Source: Trypanosoma brucei (taxonomy: Eukaryota). From it: 64,000 bases of DNA. Below, piece by piece: positions 40,456 through 51,600 of the stretch. Position 1 is the first letter of the stretch; each line of letters starts with the position of its first letter. The stretch lies in assembly GCA_000002445.1 (NCBI GenBank), contig CH464491.1:3552001-3616000 (forward strand). Direction: 5' to 3'. The notes under the pieces are model-generated. The model was not told the DNA's origin and made no database searches. It saw only the letters and a program-made list of their open reading frames with translations. The position numbers and the translations under genes were made by a program.

Positions 40456-42909
40456 TGTAATCCCATAGACTCGCATAATGGAAGACACGCTCTAACAAAT
40501 ATATTTCACGTACTGTTGTTACGATACACATGAGAAAAAAATTCGGGGTAGCAGTTCAGGGCAAGCAAAGAGTCGCACGGAATGAGAGAGAATGGGAAAG
40601 AGATATCCCTCGCTACGTATTGGCCGTGCCTTGGCAAACAGGGGCGATGTATCTTTGACAAAACCGGTGAATAGGGGTCCACATCTCATAATCGGCGAAA
40701 CAACGGCCGGGTGCTACAAAATATGAATCACCAGAACAACTATTTGGTCGACGCAACCACTTGTTTATCATACCTTTCGGAGCGGTACAGGAAAATGTTT
40801 CAAGCAGAAAACAGATCCCTTTTTACGCAGAGCAACATATTACTTGCCAAGTGACAAAACAACCACGGCACCACCACCTATTATAAACGATTGATGATTC
40901 ATTAAGCATGATAAACTAAAGTTTTTACTGGTGAAGAATCAATTAACCATTACGTTGCAGCATATGTCGCAAAGCACATAAATGCCCCCATTTACATAAA
41001 TTTCAGGAAAAAAAAACCAACCCTCTCTAGGAACAACCCCCGGTCGTCGAGCCGCCAGCAATTAAACTTATCGCAGGCGGCACCTTCATATTGGAAGGGA
41101 AGGAGACAAACTGATAACCGATAACAACATTACAGGTGTCTGACACAACCCACAAAAAGTAAGCAAACCGTGCGACACAACGATGACAGCACATCGAACA
41201 CAAAAAAGAAAAAAAATAAACACAATCAAAGAGAAGCAAAGGAAACACCGAAAAACATTTGGTGCTCACCAGAGGGGGTTGGTAGAAAAGTAAACAGCCC
41301 CCGAGGTAGCATTTCGCTATTGTCTGCTTAGTATTGAGATAATAACAGTCTTCTAGTAGTGGCTTGTAGGAATAATACGCGCGACGATTCTCTTTCAAAG
41401 TGTTGGCAAGCTAACTCGGTTCCAAAAGAGGACCGAAGGAGCGAATCAACAACGAGGGCAAATTACTTAGAGTATATCCATCTGTCCTGAATCCGACGGT
41501 AAGTCACACATATGCACTTTAAAAGGCTCCTCGAGTATCGGCAGGGGGCTCGGAACGCACTTGCTCTCAACGACCTAACCAATCAGAGACCACGAACTAA
41601 GAAAAAAAAAGGGTGCCACAATAATGTAAAAGAAGCAGATTTGCCAGACCGCTCATTGAGTCGAAAGATATTTGTACCGTTTGCCGTACAGATAGTTCAT
41701 CGGTATCCGACATACTCTTCCGGGATCGCAGCGCATGCATTGCCATCCATTGATAAATCGTAATCGATGCAATCGCCACTAACGGCCGCAATTAAGAGAA
41801 TCAGCTCTCCACTATCTAAACTCTTAAGAACATAACCAACACAGCGTAGACAGCTCCCTCACGGGGACACCGGACCCATATCGAGCATCAATTGACTCCC
41901 ACACACAACCCTATTCACTGTAGCCAACACAGGCATTCCCATATTGACGGACCGCTATGATCGAGTAACATTCTTAACGCCGAAACGGTGAGGCACAACC
42001 CACGAAAATATAAAACAACACCCCCTTAGGAATGAGCCAGCAGGCCTCCGGTGCGAGCGCACAAAAAACCCAACGGAACATCCCCCGAATAACCGGCCGA
42101 ACAGCGGCGTCAACCCGCGGCATCGGGGTCTCTCAACAAAACAAAGGACGCGCCAGCATTCTTCATTTGAGAACCGAGCCCTCCGATACCAAGAAATGGG
42201 AGGCGACCCATGGTCCACCGGGTGGGCACACCAGAGTCTGATCCTGCGATTGAAACCCCCGCCCCGCGTAAGGGATCTCCCCAAGAGGAAGCAAGCGATC
42301 CACAGCAAAGGACAGACTCCTCCAGCCCCACCCCCACACGAGGTGGAGTCGGTGTCCCCCTCCCTACTCCGAAGTAAGTGCAAGCACTCTTCACCGGGGG
42401 AAGAGGGCGGACAGCCGAATGTGGAGCCCTGCCACGGACTAGCCAACAGCACCGAAGGCTACATGACTAGTAGCGCATCTGCACGAGCGGCACCGCACCG
42501 GGTGTTAAAAACTGTAGACCGTATGGGTCGTGGGGGAAAGTGGCACCGCAGGGGCGTAGGGTCCCGTTTTTTCTTCTCGCATTGCGGTGTCAAGCCCTCC
42601 CCTCCATGTGCGCCGCGTTTCTGCAACTGTAGGACCCCCACTGGGCCCGCCGGCGCCACCGGTGCTCGCTATCGGTTGCTTGGTGTGTATGTGTCCTTTC
42701 CCAGTCTTCGCACTTTGGGGTGTTCACGTATGGTTCTGGCGGTGCCGGCTCCGCCGTGGCGGGAACGATCCGCTAGGCGGGCAACGGCGTTGTTGCAGTT
42801 TTGCTACTTGGGTGATGGCGGACCGTCTGTTTGTGTATGAGCGGAAGTTTTTACTCGCGCTAGCGCATTTGGCACACCGCCTTTGGGATGGTCAGAAGTT
42901 TTTGCACGC

Positions 42910-42924
42910 GGGGGGGGGGGGGGG
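42910..42924 (+). repeat. G15 homopolymer (C15 on the minus strand) in the SSR core
   Basis: cacgcg-G15-atgcg. Longest homopolymer G run in the window. Confidence 0.9.
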
Positions 42925-43087
42925 ATGCGTTCTGAATTGCACTTTTCCTGTGCATCCGTTGAGGTCGGCTATTTTCAGGGTTGGTTGGTCGTTTGCAACT
43001 TTTGCCATCCGTCGGGTAACAAATTGCCATGTATTTCAGGGAGGTGTGCGAGTCCGAGGATGGTGCGGTGTGTCATGTTGCTGTAGT

Positions 43088-43095
43088 CCCCCCCC
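43088..43095 (+). repeat. C8 homopolymer in the SSR plus arm
   Basis: gtagt-C8-tccc. Confidence 0.85.
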
Positions 43096-44111
43096 TCCCA
43101 AATGCGGAGGAGCTTGTAGCGTGGAATGAGTTTGCTCAATTTACGTGGTAGCCTTGTTTTTGTGTATCCATATGTAGGGGAGGAGCTGTCAGCAACCCTT
43201 ATGGCCGGAGAGCATACACAGTCAGTACACCGAGGTTGAATGCAGTTGGGGAGCTCTCCGGTTCGATTACAGCGTGGATGCAAGTTGTTGTTTTTGTTCC
43301 CGTGCCCCCATAGTCGTGAAGTTGTGTTGCTCAAGCGCGCTGCGACAGAGTAACTGATGAATCTTTTATTGTACTAAACCTATGTAACCGCCCCTCCTCC
43401 GCAATACACAAAAAAGAGCCACCTTGCAACTAGCTCCGAAAATCGGACTAGCTTTTTTCAGACGTATGCGTTGCCCCACGCTGATACACGGGTTCCGAAT
43501 GCGAGCTATGTCAAGCAACCTTTGTTTAAGTTTGTGGTTGCACCTTTGTAATGCGCCATCGTGGCTATGTGGTTATGCGACCACCTCGCCAGCTGTAGGC
43601 GTCTCCTCTCCCTCATGACCCAAATTTTTGGGATGGAGCGACGGGACGTTGAGTTTTTTTGTTTGCTTAGAAAACATTACTGTACAGCGCTCCACAGAAC
43701 TACGCAGTAGCATCTCCCTGTGGCTGAAGATATCAATTTAGCCGTTAGTGTAAGGTTGGAACCTCAGGTGTTTTGTTATCACGTTTCGGTTCCTTGCGCC
43801 GAGAATTTCCGCGAGTAGAGGTGCCGGTTGTGAATATTTTGTTGCGTAGTTCTATCTTACTGCCTTATCCACATGCTTTAACAGCAGCACCCTAGTGCAA
43901 AGCGAAGTAGGATTTGTGCGCCCCTGAGACAGTGCAGCACGATATGACATTCATTTGTGAAGGTGATGTGGAGGAGAAACCAACAGGTTCCAGTATCGCA
44001 ACCTCTCATATCGGGTGCCAGCAGTTTTGAAAGAACCACCACTGCTGCTGCCATCGGATGTTGTAGACTTCCTATTTGTAAGTGAAGGTGCGGTTTGTTC
44101 GTTTCCCCTAC

Positions 44112-44127
44112 TTTTTTTTTTTTTTAG
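44112..44127 (+). promoter_or_regulatory. Polypyrimidine tract (T14) plus AG dinucleotide: predicted trans-splice acceptor signal for the ODC mRNA
   Basis: ccccTAC-T14-AG sits ~155 nt upstream of the first ODC ATG. This is the canonical kinetoplastid SL-addition signal architecture. Confidence 0.5.
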
Positions 44128-44282
44128 AGACCGCGGGGAGGGCTTTCCTTGCTTCCCAGAAATATTATGTTTAAACACGCATGTGCGTCGGTAGCAAGCC
44201 TGGTAAAATTTGTCTGTACCATTTCCAATGAAGCGGTAGGGAAAGAGGCGGTACTGGGGAGGGATTAAGCAGTAAGGCAAAT

Positions 44283-45620
44283 ATGACCACCAAATCAACC
44301 CCCTCTTCTCTCTCTGTGAATTGTCTTGTAGCACAAACGGAGAAATCTATGGACATTGTCGTGAACGATGACTTGAGTTGTCGCTTTCTTGAAGGGTTTA
44401 ATACGAGGGATGCCCTCTGTAAAAAGATCAGTATGAATACGTGTGACGAAGGTGATCCGTTTTTTGTTGCCGATCTCGGGGACATTGTAAGGAAGCACGA
44501 AACATGGAAAAAATGCCTTCCCCGCGTCACGCCGTTTTACGCGGTCAAATGCAACGATGACTGGCGCGTACTTGGAACGCTGGCGGCTCTCGGCACGGGA
44601 TTTGATTGTGCTAGCAACACTGAGATACAACGTGTGAGAGGCATTGGTGTGCCACCGGAAAAAATAATATATGCGAACCCTTGTAAACAAAATTCACACA
44701 TACGGTACGCGCGTGATAGCGGCGTTGATGTCATGACATTTGATTGCGTGGATGAACTGGAAAAGGTCGCTAAAACGCATCCAAAGGCAAAGATGGTATT
44801 AAGAATTTCTACGGATGATTCGTTGGCTCGATGCCGTCTCAGTGTGAAGTTTGGTGCAAAGGTGGAAGACTGTAGGTTTATCTTGGAGCAGGCAAAGAAA
44901 CTGAATATCGACGTCACTGGTGTGAGTTTTCACGTGGGAAGCGGATCTACAGATGCCTCTACCTTCGCTCAAGCCATATCTGACTCCCGTTTCGTTTTCG
45001 ACATGGGTACTGAGCTTGGGTTCAATATGCACATTCTTGATATCGGTGGTGGGTTTCCAGGGACGAGGGATGCACCACTTAAATTTGAAGAGATTGCTGG
45101 TGTCATCAACAATGCGCTGGAAAAACATTTTCCACCTGACCTCAAGCTTACCATTGTTGCCGAGCCGGGAAGGTACTACGTTGCTTCAGCTTTCACACTT
45201 GCCGTAAATGTTATTGCCAAGAAGGTGACACCAGGGGTTCAGACCGACGTCGGTGCCCATGCTGAATCAAACGCACAGAGTTTTATGTATTATGTGAATG
45301 ATGGCGTGTATGGTTCATTTAATTGCATCCTGTATGACCACGCAGTCGTCAGGCCTTTGCCCCAGAGGGAGCCAATCCCCAATGAAAAGCTCTATCCCTC
45401 AAGTGTATGGGGTCCCACATGTGATGGTCTTGATCAGATAGTTGAACGATACTATCTTCCCGAGATGCAAGTGGGGGAATGGCTGCTCTTTGAGGATATG
45501 GGTGCCTACACGGTCGTAGGAACTTCTTCCTTTAATGGATTCCAGAGTCCGACTATTTACTATGTAGTCTCCGGGCTACCAGACCATGTTGTCCGGGAGT
45601 TGAAAAGTCAAAAATCATAA
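44283..45620 (+). CDS. ODC: Ornithine decarboxylase, 445 aa (PLP-dependent; no C-terminal PEST region)
   Basis: ATG at 44283. Sequence [26 protein letters not shown]...FYAVKCNDD...(PLP Lys)...GFDCAS...HVGSGS...GGGFPG...WGPTCDGLD matches T. brucei ODC. A second in-frame ATG lies at 44349 (MDIVV). Confidence 0.95.
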   Translation: MTTKSTPSSLSVNCLVAQTEKSMDIVVNDDLSCRFLEGFNTRDALCKKISMNTCDEGDPFFVADLGDIVRKHETWKKCLPRVTPFYAVKCNDDWRVLGTLAALGTGFDCASNTEIQRVRGIGVPPEKIIYANPCKQNSHIRYARDSGVDVMTFDCVDELEKVAKTHPKAKMVLRISTDDSLARCRLSVKFGAKVEDCRFILEQAKKLNIDVTGVSFHVGSGSTDASTFAQAISDSRFVFDMGTELGFNMHILDIGGGFPGTRDAPLKFEEIAGVINNALEKHFPPDLKLTIVAEPGRYYVASAFTLAVNVIAKKVTPGVQTDVGAHAESNAQSFMYYVNDGVYGSFNCILYDHAVVRPLPQREPIPNEKLYPSSVWGPTCDGLDQIVERYYLPEMQVGEWLLFEDMGAYTVVGTSSFNGFQSPTIYYVVSGLPDHVVRELKSQKS

Positions 45621-46764
45621 ATGGAAGCGAAGGTGCATAATACGGGCCCAGCTCGTTGGGTCTCTGAGCAATGAAAGAAGGGGCTTTACCACCAGGTGTT
45701 GCTTCCTTTGGTAATATATTTGGTCTGTTCTTGACCCTGCTGTTAGCTTTTTGCCCTTTGTGAGCTTAACGACTCAACTATCAGCGACTACATCTCACAA
45801 GTCATATGTCCATGACTCCCCCAAAATAGGCTCCGTGAGGGCCCTGTGACGGGGGTACATTGAAGCCTCTGGAGTTGTTGAGAGACAGAAGACAGTCGTG
45901 TGTGTTTGTGTGAGGGAGTGATTAGTGGAAAATTCAATGAACAGAGGAAAATAGGGAGCAAGTTTTTGGTATTGATAGGGATGCTTGTAATGGTAACTTT
46001 TTACTTAATTTTTTGAGTTGTACGTGACTGAATGCAGGCAACAGTTTACTGGTAGTTGCGTTTTTCCTTTCAGTTGTGCAGTTGGACATTCAAATGTCGA
46101 GCACTTTTCTGTTGTTTGACAACCCATCTTCATTTTCCCTGTGGTGTAGCATATTGCAACTGGCCGCATAGACAAGGTGGGAAAGGTATAGGTCTCAACA
46201 TCTTTAGTTTAGGCTTCTGCTTATTTGTTATAATTTTGATTAATGTGGTGTGGGGAGTGCCCCGAAAAAAAAAAAAACGAAAAACATTGTATTGTACGTT
46301 CTGTAAAGGCACGACAACGTAAGTGGGCCTCTGGGAGCTGGAAACGGGGGTTGCGGCCAAGCTGTGGCTTCACGTATTGGTCGGTGGAAGCTGCTTTCCG
46401 TAGTGTAGCTGACTTCATTCACGAAGGAAGGGGATCATAATAATGTATGTTGACCATCCTCCCTTCGGTGGTGAGCTGTTTGGCTATCCCGTAGCTATCG
46501 AAACGAGTAGGGAACAATTATTAGAGTCGTGTCAAATCGTTTTCCGTAGTGCCACAAACGAGAGAAGTGGGTGCGGAAGTGTTCGGAATAGGTGAGCAGA
46601 CAACGACCTTCCTCCGCTCGACCGCTTGATATGTTGTCAAACGTGGTCGATCGGTGGGAAAAGAGATGGTTCACCTTTCTTGGGAGGAGATGCGTTTCAC
46701 GATTTTTCTTAGCATTGTCCTGTCGCCTAATGATACGTCCTAACGTAGTGGAGTGTGTGTATAG

Positions 46765-46775
46765 GGGGGGGGGGG
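46765..46775 (+). repeat. G11 homopolymer in the ODC/adenylate-cyclase intergenic region
   Basis: gtgtgtata-G11-cggctgccgcg. Confidence 0.9.
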
Positions 46776-48638
46776 CGGCTGCCGCGCTGTGTGAACTGGC
46801 CGCAATGGTATCTTCCATTAGGTTAGATCTACGGAGTGAGTGACCCGAAGAGCCTGACATGGGCATGAAGCGCTCGCAAACTAGGTGTCGATGATTGTTT
46901 TCCCCTGCCGAGTCCGGTTGTCCGATTATACAAGAATTTTGACGTTATGAGGGCAAAGACGGAACCCATTTATTGGGCGGAACGCTCTTGTAGGATGATT
47001 CCACCTTGCTTGCGAAGGGATGATCTTCTTCGCATAGTGGGTACAGTGGCCGTTGCTTTTTATTTGAGCTGACATTTCGATATTACCGTTTCCAGGGCGC
47101 ACCACCTTGATTCACGATTGCGTAAAGGTGAGTGCGCAGACTCTTTTGTCCATCCTTTTTAGCGGTGCGAAGTCTAGTAATAATTTAAATACCCCTTCGA
47201 TACGTGTGTATGATCTTCCCCTTTCACCAACTGAGTGTTTAGGAACTAAGCACTGGGTATTGGAGTAAAGAAGCGCGTGTACGGGTGCCACTGTGCTGTA
47301 CTGTATCTGCGCAAGCTGGTTATTTTCCACGGGGAGGAGCCTTTGACGCGTGGGCTGTGCCAGCCAACGGCCACCTTCCTGGATTATTTCGTTGGGGCAT
47401 CATCATTGGAAATTTATTTGGATCACATCAACTCTGACAATCCTACCCATGCTCCGGGAGCCTATGCGAGCGGTCTTTCTTACGTTACCTCTGCACATAT
47501 TTTGTCATCCGTTAGGTGTCTAGCTTCATATAACATTTGAGGGTACATTCCTCTGTCTCAGATGTCATTGTCACTCATCCCTTTGATCAGCATGGGGAGG
47601 TGTTGGAGCTCGGATGGCGATTGAAGAGGGAATAGCGCGCGTTCTCCATGCGCAGATGGAGGTAATGGGCCAAGAAAATTTGAGTGTGCGTAATTTCTTG
47701 TGACCTTCTAACCAAGGGACGGTGTGCTCCCTGGAGCCACTGGGGCTTACTTTCTGCACTTCATGCAGGCTTATACCACACGTTCTGGAACGGGGGTTGC
47801 CTCGCCTTCATGAGGTGGTAGCTATCCTTTCGCTCGGTAGTCATGGGGCTGATTCCTATTTCTTCACGCGCTAACTGCCGAAATTAGAACTGTTATGACA
47901 AACTGGAGTGGCCGCGACAAGATGCTTTCTACAGGATTCAATGGAGTATCTTGACTTCGTGCGAGCTACGTCCACTTACTTCCAAACACACCGAAACAGC
48001 AGAGTCTGAACCAGCAATTCGGTGTTGCGCGCGTGTGTGGGAGGAAACGGCGTGTGGATTCGTGTTGCCACTTTTATGAGATGGGGATTGTATGTAACGT
48101 AACAACACTAAATATGCGATGCCGAAAACTGGGGATGAGCGACTCAGTCACGAAGACCACAGAAGTATTCAGTTGGGAGCGGGGGCTCATTTCTCAACCA
48201 AACTATATTCTCCAGGTCGCGACTCAGTAGGTGACAGTATAAGGGGCCTTATTCGTCTTTTGGTATTCCTACTGGACGTGATGCTTGCTTTTGTGTAGCC
48301 TGTGGTGTCATCCCTCCCATGTGACAGCAGGAATGAGATGCCGCAAATCGTGTTGGACTCCCGTCTTTTTGTAATTAACTCGCTGCGGCCCCCACACGGG
48401 ACTCCGCATCGCAGCATGAACCGATGCCTGAGCTTCGGTCCTCTTCAGTCGATCGGCGCACTGCCACAGGAAAATTTTGCTTTATCATTCCTAACACCGC
48501 TTTGTCTCTCAGTTCGTAATCTGCTCTCCGTTTCAAACCTGTTTTCTGAAGGACATACACGTAGGCAACAACGAAAACGATTACAAAAGTACCTCAGTGA
48601 AAGAGTTTCCGAGTGGTGCTATTTATACTTGCGGGGAG

Positions 48639-51600
48639 ATGACCACCACGAAGGCTTCGTGTCTTATATCCAGTGACAGTGCCCTTCGCCGAAATTCCAT
48701 TGTCGCCACGGCACCATTGCTGCTGCTACTGGCGCTAACGTTGCCTGTCGGTAATGGGGAGGTCACGCAAGTGAACGTCCTATCTCTCATGTACACCACT
48801 GAATTTCCCGTGGAGGACGCCGTTTTATTTGATAAAGGACTTAACGTTTCATTAATGGCGCGCCGTTTGGAGCTCAAGGGGCAAGTGAAAGTTGAGTTTA
48901 TTCGTCCTGCAGCACCTAACTCTCCAATAGATGTCGCAATCGAGCAGGGTGCTCAGCAGAGTGTAGGCAAACTATTGCTTGTTCTTGGTCCGCTGGGCGA
49001 CGATAACATCCAAATATTTAAAGGTGCGATGGAAGAGCATGAGTTAGTCGCCTTTACCCCTATTGCCACTTCAAGTGAGGGCTACGGCTGGGATCCTCAT
49101 CTCTACTACTTGACTGTTGGGCCGGATGCCGAGCTGATGGCTCTCGTTCGCTACGCTGTTGGTGTGTTGGGTCTTCAGCGGGTAGGCGTGATGTACGTGA
49201 AAGATACGTCGTTCAGCAGGAAATCATTTGAGTTCGTGGAGAAGCTGATGATGAGGATGGGTCACAACATAAGTTGCGTGTTCGCCCCAGAAAGTGGCTT
49301 CTCTTCTGCAGGTAATAAGGTCTCTTTGGACTCGGAATGGGAGCAATTCGCCGCTGCACTTCCACAGGCGATACTGTTGCTTGGTCCGCGCGGCCGCGAT
49401 AGTAGATGGTTTGTCATGCGGGTAGCAGAGGACAATCGGACATCGCGCTCACATTTGCTTGCGCAGTCAGGGTTACAGAGCTTTTTGCTGAAGACATGGT
49501 GCGAAGCATTGGAGGCGACGGGCGCTGAGTTTAGGACTGGACAGGTGATCTTCTCAGGGACGAATCCTCTGGCATGCGACACAGAGTACAAGGCGGTACA
49601 ACGGTTTATCGATGAAACAAAAAGGTATCTAGGAAACGAGGAGGAGGGGAGTGAGGACGCAGGGGCGGGAGGCCTCTCCAATGATACTGGGGGAGAGATG
49701 ATGATGCTTGGTTGGATGACTGGTGAGGTCATTTCTGCGGCACTGGGCAACAGTAGGGTTGTGAGCAACCGCACAGCTTTTATGGAATCCTTATATTATC
49801 AACGTCGTTACGTAGTAGATGACCTCGTGATCGGTGATTACGGCAACGAATGTGGGGAGGAGGCAATTCGGCAGGGTGCTGTCTGCCGCTGCAACCAGGG
49901 TGGAAGTATGGTTTACATGAAGGAAATGGTTAGTAAGACCCTGCTAAGGCCAGTGACTGCGGGTTATGTGACTTTAGGTATGTCGCGGTGCTCGAGGGAA
50001 TCTTTGCAACTTAATGCGCCTTTAAATGCTCTTCTTCTGCTTATGCAGGACGATGACGTTGCGCTAAGAGCAAACGTGGATTGGGACGTTGGCGCATCTG
50101 CTAGTGTGGGGAACGGGCACCTCACCGTGCATGACAGACTGTTTTTACACTCTTTCCTTGCGACATCAGACGCCGCCGCCAGTATTCTGCAGCAGCTGCT
50201 CAGTGTCAGGATTGTGTCGGCTGTGTTTGGTGTCGTCAGCGACGACATGCTCGAAATAGAGGGTATGACTTTCTTCGATCCGATAACAACTACTCCCCGT
50301 CTAACTAAGCCGAGGAAAAATGTTATTTACCTCTCTCCCACGATGGAACAGCAACTTTATGTGCTTGCAGAGTACCTTTACAGCAATCCGCCCCCGAGTG
50401 TCAAAGCCATCATACGGAGCAAGGAGGCTTCCGAAATTTCAAAGCTGCTGAGAAAGACGCTTCTAACGTTTGATGCCCCTTTGAGCCCCGCAGACATCCT
50501 TGATGATGATGATGAATTGGGCGACTACCTTCCGACGGAGGGAGATGTAATGGTCATCGGCCTCACCAAGTCTGATGTGGGGACGATCGCGGAGCACCTC
50601 GAGACTTTTGAGGAGAGTCGGGTGTTTTTGATCTTCTCTGAATTAGCGTTGCTGTTTGAGGAGTTGAGAGCGGCATTCAGGAACAAAGCGTCCGCCCATC
50701 GCCTCGTGTTTGCTACCAACTTACCCCACTGGGCGGAAATCGAAATGCCAACGGACCGAGTAGATAATCTTAATTCTGTCGTCCCAGATCGGTCACTGTG
50801 GTCTCCCATGGCGTTGCTCGGTTTCGTCACCGGACGGTTGATGGAGTCAATTTTGGAGCGCATGGAGAACGTGAACCCTGGACTACTGGCGGATTTATTC
50901 TTCAAGGAGAGCCTCATTACTGTCGACGGAATGTGGTACGGACCGTACACTGATGATTGTGATATCGGCAAACCAATTGAAGGAAACCACTGCATCCATA
51001 ATTATGGAGCCACGCATATATCCGTGTGGTCGATGGCCCGTGTACTGAGATCGGACGTTCCACTGCTACAAAATCCCACAACACCATCGATGGAATACAT
51101 CGACCCCGACGCTATTGTATTGACTGGTGCGGCCATCGCTGGCATTGGCATTGCTGTGTTCGCCTCCTTGTTGCTCCTCGCCGCGCTTGGGGCCTTATTA
51201 TACTTTACGATGAACAGAACCCGTGACAACGCCAGTGCGCCGAAGGAGCCGATGGAGCCCGTCACGATCATCTTTACTGACATTGAAAGCAGCACTGCTA
51301 TATGGGCTGCACACCCTGAGCTGATGCCCGATGCCGTTGCCGCTCACCACCGCGTAATCCGCCGCTTGATTGAAAAATACGACTGCTACGAGGTGAAAAC
51401 CGTTGGCGACTCGTTCATGATTGCTTGCAAAGGTGCGTACCCGGCCGCGCGGCTCGTGTGGGAGCTCCAAGTATCGTTCTTGAATCATGATTGGGGAACA
51501 GGCGTGTTTGATGAGATTTATCGTGACGCTGAAAGGGAGAGGCGGTCAGAGGACCGTGAATACAACCCACCAACTGCATATCTGGACTCCGAAGTGTACA

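Larger units (their letters stand above)
39960..44282. promoter_or_regulatory. Divergent strand-switch region between minus and plus gene clusters; putative bidirectional RNA pol II transcription start region
   Basis: No protein-like ORF in 4.3 kb. All genes on the left are minus-strand and all on the right are plus-strand. The plus strand is A/C-rich from ~40.7 to 42.45 kb, making the minus coding strand G/T-rich. The plus strand is G/T-rich from 42.6 to 43.3 kb. G15 (42910-42924), G10 (40446-40455) and C8 (43088-43095) tracts are present. Confidence 0.6.

Noticed and set aside
43240-43285. tRNA-like T-loop (ccggttcgattacagcg) in the SSR
   Set aside because: The flanks cannot form the 5-bp T-stem (GG...ac, not GG...CC). 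No acceptor, D or anticodon arms could be built around it. No tRNA is called.
41955-43334. ORFs 42196..42840 (214 aa), 42587..43129 (180 aa), 41955..42452 (165 aa), 42975..43334 in the SSR
   Set aside because: They overlap in multiple frames on both strands inside a GC-rich island. Translations are Pro/Arg/Gly-rich with no motifs. They sit in a divergent SSR where no coding sequence is expected.
43400-43460. A6...stem-like (tagctccg/cggactagc)...T6 arrangement resembling a small pol III unit with a T-run terminator
   Set aside because: The putative stem arms are direct rather than inverted copies and only 4-5 bp can pair. No conserved snRNA/7SL/box motifs were recognised. Too weak to call.
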